Positions 57,085 through 64,000 of a stretch of 64,000 nucleotides of DNA are shown piece after piece; position 1 is the first letter of the stretch, and the number at the start of each line of letters is the position of its first letter. The stretch lies in IMG/VR virus record IMGVR_UViG_3300021963_004241, positions 47,182 to 111,181 of that record, one strand, 5' to 3'. This DNA is from a virus. The notes beneath the pieces are model-generated. The model was not told the origin of the DNA. It made no database searches and saw only the letters and a program-made list of their open reading frames with translations. Position numbers and translations under genes: made by a program.

Positions 57085-57748
57085 CAGTGCAGAAATCTTA
57101 TCTAGTCAATATGTAGATTTTAATAAGGTACTAGAACTGAAACAGATATGTGCCGACGAAGTTTCTAAAATAGACTGGAAAGAGTTAAAGGATTTCCTAC
57201 TGACCCAACCAAAGGATGACGAAACTAATGACGGTCCTTCTTGGATGGTACTGAAAAGCAATGTTGAAGAAGGAATGCAAAGTTACGAAGATAGTAGATC
57301 ATTGCAAGAAGTTATTAACAATGACCCGAAGCATGATCTAGGAACTTGGTTATGTGTAACTTTTCTAGATAATGAATGGAACAAGCAAACAAATAATCCT
57401 AGAGTTGTAGAACACTTTAAGAACACGATTAAACATATAGAAACTCTTTCTGGATTAATACATGCAAGTGTACATTTTGTCAGCCCTAAATTTCTGATAG
57501 TCAAACATACTGATTCTTCGAGCCTTTATTCTATGTTGTTAACTTTTTCTATATCGAAAAGTAATCCGGAAAAAGTTACTCTACACATGAGCACTGGTGA
57601 GGAATTTAATTTTAAAGATAGAGAATTTTTTACATTTATTCCGCAGATAGAACATTCGTCATCTAATCTCTCCGACAGCGACTGGATTTTTATGATGTTG
57701 AGAATAGACAAAACCAAATTTAAACAAGATGAAAATACAATCAAATAA
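57077..57748 (+). CDS. Aspartyl-hydroxylase-like cupin
   Basis: KHTD...EHSSSN. Confidence 0.6.
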   Translation: MYNSAEILSSQYVDFNKVLELKQICADEVSKIDWKELKDFLLTQPKDDETNDGPSWMVLKSNVEEGMQSYEDSRSLQEVINNDPKHDLGTWLCVTFLDNEWNKQTNNPRVVEHFKNTIKHIETLSGLIHASVHFVSPKFLIVKHTDSSSLYSMLLTFSISKSNPEKVTLHMSTGEEFNFKDREFFTFIPQIEHSSSNLSDSDWIFMMLRIDKTKFKQDENTIK

Positions 57749-58784
57749 CGACTGGGATCCTTTAAAAGAAATAGTAGTAGGTCGAGCAGATAAAGCTCGA
57801 GTCCCCACAGTTGACCTTAGCACTATGAGCATGAGTTATACTAACTATGCCATTGAAAAAGTCAAGCCTTTAGAAGGAGAGTATCCGCAATGGTTAATTG
57901 ATGAAGCCAACGAAGATGCCGACGAGTTATCTTCGGTACTAGAACAAGCAGGGGTCAAGGTACATAGACCAGAACTAATAGATCATTCTAAAATATTTTC
58001 TACACCAGACTGGACTACTACTGGTTGGTATACCTGGTGTCCTAGAGATCTGTTATTACCATTAAACAATCTAATGATTGAAACTCCTAGTCCTTGTCGC
58101 AGCAGACTATTTGAAACTAGAGCATATCACAACATAATGATAGATGCAGTTAAAGACGGAACTGAATGGATCGCTGCTCCGAAACCTAGATTATTAGACG
58201 AGTCATATCAGTTTAAAGAGTTGAGTAAGCCCAGTCTCAATAACCTAGAACCTATATTTGATGCTCCTAATTGTATAAGATTAGGACGAGATATTTTGTT
58301 TCAGATATCTAATACAGGTAATTGGTTAGGATTCCAATGGTTAAAAAATACGCTAGAGCCTAGGGGTTATAGATTACACGCAGCGGAACATATCTACAGT
58401 TTCGCACACTTTGACAGCACTATCATTCCTCTTCGTCCTGGTTTGGTGTTGTTAAACAGTACAAGAGTAACACCGGAGAACTGTCCTAAATTATTTGAGA
58501 AGTGGGATAAGATTTATTTTAAAGATGTTAATGTCAATCCTGTTACACAATCGGGTCCGGGCAGTATTAGTCCGTGTAGTCCTTACATCGGAATGAACAT
58601 TCTAAGTATCGATCAGGACACTGTAATAGTAGGAAAAGATCAAACTAATTTAATAAAAGTATTAGAGCAGCACAAGTTCACGGTCATACCAACACGAATG
58701 AGACACGCACAAACTCTTAGTGGGGGGTATCATTGTGCTACATTAGATCTAGCAAGACAAGGAAATCTCGAGGATTATTTTTAA
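57729..58784 (+). CDS. Amidinotransferase (glycine/inosamine amidinotransferase family)
   Basis: WDPLKEIVVG, CPRD, FDA, HFDS, GGYHCATLD. Confidence 0.9.
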   Translation: MKIQSNNDWDPLKEIVVGRADKARVPTVDLSTMSMSYTNYAIEKVKPLEGEYPQWLIDEANEDADELSSVLEQAGVKVHRPELIDHSKIFSTPDWTTTGWYTWCPRDLLLPLNNLMIETPSPCRSRLFETRAYHNIMIDAVKDGTEWIAAPKPRLLDESYQFKELSKPSLNNLEPIFDAPNCIRLGRDILFQISNTGNWLGFQWLKNTLEPRGYRLHAAEHIYSFAHFDSTIIPLRPGLVLLNSTRVTPENCPKLFEKWDKIYFKDVNVNPVTQSGPGSISPCSPYIGMNILSIDQDTVIVGKDQTNLIKVLEQHKFTVIPTRMRHAQTLSGGYHCATLDLARQGNLEDYF

Positions 58785-60226
58785 TGCAGAATACTATCTC
58801 TAGATACATGATCAGTGATAATTTTATAGGATTACCTTTACATAAGGGGCACCAGTACGATAAAAAAGATTTAGTTTCTAAAATCGATCTTTGGAAATAT
58901 GTATTGAAATATAAATGTGATGCACAGTCTGGTGAATCTATTCTCATAGGAATGCAGACACTCAATATTGATTATCTTGCAGTGTGTTTCGCTGCGGCAG
59001 AATTGTCTTTAAAGATAGTGATAGTAGACTACACTAGAAATGATGATTTTTCAGACGTTACATATTACGATCCAAAGACAAAAATATTATCACCTATAGA
59101 TATATTTTTGCACGACTTTTCAAAAAAAGAAATCGAAGAAAAGCCAAAAGCATTTTCTAAATTTATATTTTTTTCAAATTGCTCAAATAGAACCTACAGT
59201 ATAAAAGAGATAGATTTTACTGTTGATGATAAACAGTTTGAAGTTTCTAAGAATATTTTCCCTAACCCATCCGACGTAGTAATGCGATGCACTAGCAGCG
59301 GTACTACAGGAACACCTAAAATAGTAGAACATACACACGAATTCTTGTATAAAGTTTCTATGAGAAATTCAAAAAAGTTTTCTGGAAAATGTTTACACGT
59401 AAGAAATCTAAATCACGGAAGTAGTTTAGCTGTGTATCTTTTACCAACATTAATTAGCGACAAGGTAACTGAACACCTATTCTACGATCTAGATGAACTG
59501 CTTCCAATGGAAGATTTTATAAACGATATCTACGAATTTAAAAATGATCTAGAGTTTGTTATATTCCCTTATCCGTTTATGATAGATAGGTTCATAGATG
59601 TTAGCATAAAAAATAACATCCAATGGCCTAATTTAAATGTACAAACTTTATCATACATACAAGATAAATCAAAACAGGCCATCGCACAGGGAGTATTTAG
59701 ATCCATTACTAGCATATTTGGTTCTAATGAAACTAGTGGACCAATTTTTACAGTAGTCATTGATAAATCAAATGTATATCAGGATTCTGCGATATTTGAT
59801 CACGTAGATGATTTTTATAAAATTAAAATTTATCAAGGCGGGCTGCTAGGAGTTACCTTGCCAGTATATGATACAGAAATAATAACCAACGATCTTTTTG
59901 AGCAACAGGGAGTGTTTTACAAACATAAGGGCAGAAGTGATCTAGTTAAAATTAATGGCGAAGTATTAGACATAAAAATTGTTAATGATTTTAACGATAA
60001 AAATACTAACTCATACCTAGTCACAGACACTGTAAAAAATTGTCTATACCTAGCATTTTGGGACGATAAAGATTCCTACATACTAAACGAGTATACTAAC
60101 TTTTTTAAAAACAATTTCAAACGGATAGAGATAGTAAAGACCTCAGTATTAAATAAACATAAATTCTTAACAGGTATTAAGATAGATAACGAATTGTTAA
60201 GAGAATACTTTAGAAATTATGTTTGA
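58784..60226 (+). CDS. ANL-family adenylate-forming enzyme
   Basis: TSSGTTGTPK, FGSNE, TND, GRSD.VKING. Confidence 0.8.
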   Translation: MQNTISRYMISDNFIGLPLHKGHQYDKKDLVSKIDLWKYVLKYKCDAQSGESILIGMQTLNIDYLAVCFAAAELSLKIVIVDYTRNDDFSDVTYYDPKTKILSPIDIFLHDFSKKEIEEKPKAFSKFIFFSNCSNRTYSIKEIDFTVDDKQFEVSKNIFPNPSDVVMRCTSSGTTGTPKIVEHTHEFLYKVSMRNSKKFSGKCLHVRNLNHGSSLAVYLLPTLISDKVTEHLFYDLDELLPMEDFINDIYEFKNDLEFVIFPYPFMIDRFIDVSIKNNIQWPNLNVQTLSYIQDKSKQAIAQGVFRSITSIFGSNETSGPIFTVVIDKSNVYQDSAIFDHVDDFYKIKIYQGGLLGVTLPVYDTEIITNDLFEQQGVFYKHKGRSDLVKINGEVLDIKIVNDFNDKNTNSYLVTDTVKNCLYLAFWDDKDSYILNEYTNFFKNNFKRIEIVKTSVLNKHKFLTGIKIDNELLREYFRNYV

Positions 60227-60461
60227 TGAACATCTCAATAAAAGCAAAGTTACATACCTAGAGCATCTATCCTGGGCGTTTATTTCTGGAATAAGATTAA
60301 TCTATGCGGGCATAGCTAGTATTATCCACGGAGTATTTCCTTCGTTGTTCAATAGCACAGCACCTAGGACAGTGATCGACATTTATCATTCTCATCTAAC
60401 AGATCATCCAAATACAGAATATCAGGATTTAATAGAAAAGGCCAGAAAGAAAAATGATTGA
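60219..60461 (+). CDS. Small His-rich hydrophobic protein (DUF6356-like)
   Basis: HL....TYLEH..WA...IIHGVFPSLF. Confidence 0.6.
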   Translation: MFDEHLNKSKVTYLEHLSWAFISGIRLIYAGIASIIHGVFPSLFNSTAPRTVIDIYHSHLTDHPNTEYQDLIEKARKKND

Positions 60462-60939
60462 ATATGTAAGGAACATAACAAACTTTTGGGATGGTGATTT
60501 AAAAACCCACGAGTTTGCAAGGCAAGTTCCGTTTGTTGCTAAGAATTTTGATCATTTGGATAGGAAGTTTTATAATTCTGGTTATCTATTGCAGAGCTTC
60601 AATGACGAATTAGTCAATGCTGAAGAATTTAAAAAAGTGTTGGATGTTGTAGAAGGTTCTGTTAGTTGGACTTGCATACTTCCAAATTTAATATTGCCTA
60701 CGCATTCAGACACATTCTATACCCTACGAGAACAACATAGTGTAAACATAGACAGATGTTTTAGATATCTAATCTTTTTAGAAGATTGGACATTTGGGCA
60801 TTATGTGGGATTTGAAAAAATTAATATAACAAATTGGAAAGCCGGTGATGTTTGGATCTTTGATAGCGAGGAAACACACTACGGTGTTAATGCCAGCAAT
60901 GTTCCTTTTTATTCTTGTCAAGTGAGTTCATTCAAATGA
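60454..60939 (+). CDS. 2OG-Fe(II)/cupin oxygenase-like
   Basis: LPTHSD, FLEDW..GH, HYGVN. Confidence 0.7.
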   Translation: MIEYVRNITNFWDGDLKTHEFARQVPFVAKNFDHLDRKFYNSGYLLQSFNDELVNAEEFKKVLDVVEGSVSWTCILPNLILPTHSDTFYTLREQHSVNIDRCFRYLIFLEDWTFGHYVGFEKINITNWKAGDVWIFDSEETHYGVNASNVPFYSCQVSSFK

Positions 60940-61676
60940 AATTGGGAATTGCAGGTTACGGCATTGTGGGAAAGGCCACACACAAAGGTTTACTTAAAAA
61001 TAGTCCTGTAGTAATACACGATTTATTAACAGGCACAACTATTGAAGACTTGTATGTGTGTAACTATGTGTTCTTTTGTATTCCAACTGACACTGACGCG
61101 AGCATACAAATACTAGTTGACGAAATCAAACGCCTTAAGGCAGTTAATCCTAGTTGCGTTATTATTATTAGAAGTACTGTTCCTGTAGGTACGTGTAAAT
61201 CTATTGAAAAAATAATCAATGATAAAATTTACTATATGCCAGAATTCCTGCGTGAACGTATGTGGGAAGAAGATTGTTTCGATCGCCCTATAATTGTAGG
61301 TAGCGATAGCCAGGCAGTTCCTATTTGGTTACAGGGAGAGGAATGTATATTTTGTACATTAGAAGAAGCAGAAGTTATTAAGATGTTGAGCAACAACATG
61401 GCTGCGGCAAGAGTTGTATTTGCAAATCACATGTATGAACTAAGCAAGGCAGCCGGTGCAAATTACGATAACGTACTAAATGCATACCTTCAGGTTAATC
61501 ACGATCAAAACTATTTAGAAGTAAATGAGAACATGCGAGCATTCGGAGGCAAGTGCTTACCAAAAGATTTAGATTTTTTGATCAATACTTTTAAGCAGCT
61601 AGGTATTCCGCAGACTTATTTTACAGCAATGAAAGAAGACAACCAACTATGGCCAGTAACCGTAAGAAAATCCTAA
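60936..61676 (+). CDS. UDP-glucose/GDP-mannose dehydrogenase (lacks C-terminal domain)
   Basis: GYGIVG, RSTVPVG, PEFLRE, FGGKCLPKD. Confidence 0.88.
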   Translation: MKLGIAGYGIVGKATHKGLLKNSPVVIHDLLTGTTIEDLYVCNYVFFCIPTDTDASIQILVDEIKRLKAVNPSCVIIIRSTVPVGTCKSIEKIINDKIYYMPEFLRERMWEEDCFDRPIIVGSDSQAVPIWLQGEECIFCTLEEAEVIKMLSNNMAAARVVFANHMYELSKAAGANYDNVLNAYLQVNHDQNYLEVNENMRAFGGKCLPKDLDFLINTFKQLGIPQTYFTAMKEDNQLWPVTVRKS

Positions 61677-62536
61677 TCACAGGTGCGTGTGGACTAATTG
61701 GTCGAGAATTGTGCAATCAACTCAGCTTGCATCACGATGTTACGGCTGTGGATAACAATCAACGTTTTAGAGATTACACTCCTAAAAACTGTATCTATGT
61801 CAGATCTAATTTGTCGGAATACTTAGAACAAACTAGGAATACATTTGATATAATATATCATTTAGCAGCAACTAATGGTACCAAATATTTTTATAGTCAA
61901 CCCAATGATGTGTTGCGTAACAATGTAACACTAGACTTATCTATTTTTAAATTTGCAGAATCTAATCCTAAGTGTAAATTAATCTATGCAAGTAGTAGCG
62001 AAGTTGTATCAGGCTCATATATTTTCCCCACTCCTGAAATTGTTGATATTACTATAGGCAATCTACACAATCCCAGATGGAGTTACATGCTGCCCAAGAT
62101 GCTTGCAGAAAACTATCTATTCAATAGTCCTATTGATTTTTTAATTATTAGATTTTTTAATGTCTACAGCGAACACAGCGGCCAGGGACATTTTTTCAAA
62201 GATATAGTTGAAAAAATTAAAAATGAAAATTACGAGTTGATAGGTTCAACTGAAACAAGAAGTTTTTGTTATGTTGAAGATGCTGTAGACGCAATGATTA
62301 AAATTTCTAATGTATCTGGGCAAGTTGTTAATATCGGGTCTGATGAAGAAATAAAAATAGTCGATGCTGCAAACTTGATCGCACAAAGATTAGGAATTAA
62401 AAATATCAATTGGATTACTAAAGACAGCCTTCCTGGTAGCACATCGAGAAGAACTCCGGATATAGAAAAACTTAAATCCTATTATCCAGAGTTCAAACCT
62501 AGATCGTTTAAAACGATTATTGATAAAATCTTATGA
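61649..62536 (+). CDS. NAD-dependent nucleotide-sugar epimerase/dehydratase
   Basis: TGACGLIG, HLAA, SSSEV, YMLPK, RSFCYVED. Confidence 0.9.
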   Translation: MASNRKKILITGACGLIGRELCNQLSLHHDVTAVDNNQRFRDYTPKNCIYVRSNLSEYLEQTRNTFDIIYHLAATNGTKYFYSQPNDVLRNNVTLDLSIFKFAESNPKCKLIYASSSEVVSGSYIFPTPEIVDITIGNLHNPRWSYMLPKMLAENYLFNSPIDFLIIRFFNVYSEHSGQGHFFKDIVEKIKNENYELIGSTETRSFCYVEDAVDAMIKISNVSGQVVNIGSDEEIKIVDAANLIAQRLGIKNINWITKDSLPGSTSRRTPDIEKLKSYYPEFKPRSFKTIIDKIL

Positions 62537-63430
62537 TTTTAATGGAAAGACTGGTATAGCAAATTCTGTACCTGGATGTGTTCCATCTGTCCAAATACTG
62601 ATCTTAAGATATGCGGGTGATTCAGTATTTACTCTTTCAGCAGGTATTAGATTATTGGCTAAATGTAATACTTGATGTTTGTCGAGACCTAACGCTAATT
62701 TCCATCCGTCGTCTGGGCTAGAAGTTACAACACTTAATCTACTAGGAACTGCTCCTTTTTTCACATCGTCGTCTACTTCAAAAAATAGAGCAGCGGACAT
62801 TGTGAGATTACTATCTGCATCAGCACCTAAGTATTCAAAACTATAAATGATGTCGTCTTTCTCTAGTGGCTTAGGATCTGCAAGAGTGCCTCTAGATCTT
62901 CCAACAAGAAACGATTGTGCATCTCTTCCTGGAAACGCACCTTTGATCATAAGAGCGTGTGAACGCTGATTGTCTTCTTCAGTTTCGATCTTAATCTGCG
63001 GAGGTAATGATCTATCATTTAGATGAGTAACATGGACTAGGTCAGTAGTCAATGCTCCAGTATGCAGTCCATAAGTTGATCCTGTAACGTCACCGTATAC
63101 ATCTCCTAAAACTGTTCCTCTAAATCTACCTTCAGTTACAACATCAGATACAACTCTTAGTTCCGAATTTACAGTTATTGATATATCTCCGTTTGAACTG
63201 ATAGTGTTAGTGAAAACATTTCCTGTTACGCTACCTACAACATCGCCTGTGACATTTCCGTTTACGTTTACATTTAAGCTGCCTTCTACCGAAGATAACA
63301 TAGTTGAAATATCGATGTTATCAGCAAAGGTGATTCTACCCGTTTTATCGACTTTGATACAGGGTACTTTGTTAAGTCCACCGTATGTTCCGGGTTCTAC
63401 ACCCGATTGAGCTATTTGAAAGTTAGGCAT
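62531..63430 (-). CDS. Putative fibre/virion structural protein
   Basis: SGVEPGTY..VDKTGRIT; GNVTGDVVG-type repeats; TAAATA upstream. Confidence 0.6.
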   Translation of the reverse strand: MPNFQIAQSGVEPGTYGGLNKVPCIKVDKTGRITFADNIDISTMLSSVEGSLNVNVNGNVTGDVVGSVTGNVFTNTISSNGDISITVNSELRVVSDVVTEGRFRGTVLGDVYGDVTGSTYGLHTGALTTDLVHVTHLNDRSLPPQIKIETEEDNQRSHALMIKGAFPGRDAQSFLVGRSRGTLADPKPLEKDDIIYSFEYLGADADSNLTMSAALFFEVDDDVKKGAVPSRLSVVTSSPDDGWKLALGLDKHQVLHLANNLIPAERVNTESPAYLKISIWTDGTHPGTEFAIPVFPLKS

Positions 63431-63469
63431 TTTGTCAATCCAAAAATATTATAGTATATTTATCTTGGA

Positions 63470-63982
63470 CTAGAGCAAAGAACGATGACAGACTTTCCCC
63501 TCAGAAATCGCTTCTAAGTTTTGGGTTATCATTTTGAGCAGCTTTCTAAAGGGCTGTCCGTTGTAAAACCAGTAGTAATAGTCAGCTAGATAGCAGTCTT
63601 TCTTAACAGCAGAATCTATATCGTTCAGCTGATCTACTGCACGATTACCGTACATCCTATAAAAATTATGTGCTATGTTTACTGAATACGCAAACATTTC
63701 GTCCGGATCTAGGTAGTAGTCTCTTTCCGGAACTCCAGACCCATCATAAGAAGAATCTTTCCCGCGCAGTTTAAATTGCTTTCTATGTATACTCTCGTGA
63801 CAGAGAGTGTCAGCTACATCGTGGATCAGTAGTTTTTTAAATTTTGCATTAATGGGGATTTTCTTTTTGTAACTAGAACAGCAAACTTCTATTTCGATAT
63901 CTTTTTTAACTTCTGAATCAAAATATCCATTGATTCCAAAACAATCAACTAATGCTTTTGATCGTCTATACGAAACTTTAAT
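63470..63982 (-). CDS. HExxH metallopeptidase-like ORF, 5' part disrupted or outside window
   Basis: The frame upstream of the track ORF reads LCHESIHRKQ...YYLDPDEMFAY; in-frame TGA at 63983-63985. Confidence 0.5.
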   Translation of the reverse strand: MKVSYRRSKALVDCFGINGYFDSEVKKDIEIEVCCSSYKKKIPINAKFKKLLIHDVADTLCHESIHRKQFKLRGKDSSYDGSGVPERDYYLDPDEMFAYSVNIAHNFYRMYGNRAVDQLNDIDSAVKKDCYLADYYYWFYNGQPFRKLLKMITQNLEAISEGKVCHRSLL

Positions 63983-64000
63983 TCAAATTTTGTTGGCAGC

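Overview
A 64-kb segment of an AT-rich, standard-code, T4-like large/jumbo phage; the IscU/IscA sequences suggest a proteobacterial host. It has four blocks. (1) 1-12.4 kb: a >1800-aa virion structural protein cut by the window edge, iscA/iscU, Fe/Mn SOD, uvsE, a glycosyltransferase, queD with a preQ1-I-like leader, and two fibre-like paralogues. (2) 12.4-22 kb: minus-strand hypotheticals, thyX, an aberrant tRNA-like RNA, and an RNA-repair/phosphatase module (Rnl1 ligase, P-loop kinase, HD hydrolase, metallophosphoesterase, PTP). (3) 22-32.8 kb: a minus-strand array of 31 tRNAs covering all 20 amino acids, interleaved with cargo genes and structured ncRNA candidates, including a ~880-nt GOLLD-like RNA with an embedded tRNA-like element and a permuted tRNA-mimic RNA. 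(4) 32.9-62.5 kb: a ~30-kb enzyme island with 11 radical SAM proteins, ~9 2OG/cupin oxygenases, SDRs, and kinase-like, QueC-like, PLP, amidinotransferase, adenylating and nucleotide-sugar enzymes. The top finding sits at the head of the tRNA array: a 47-codon leader peptide containing all 20 amino acids and codons for 26 of the 29 phage anticodons, overlapping a mutually exclusive antiterminator/terminator pair. It is a candidate ribosome-stalling attenuator that would switch on phage tRNA transcription when host tRNA supply fails. All calls are from reading by eye; no searches or folding programs were run.
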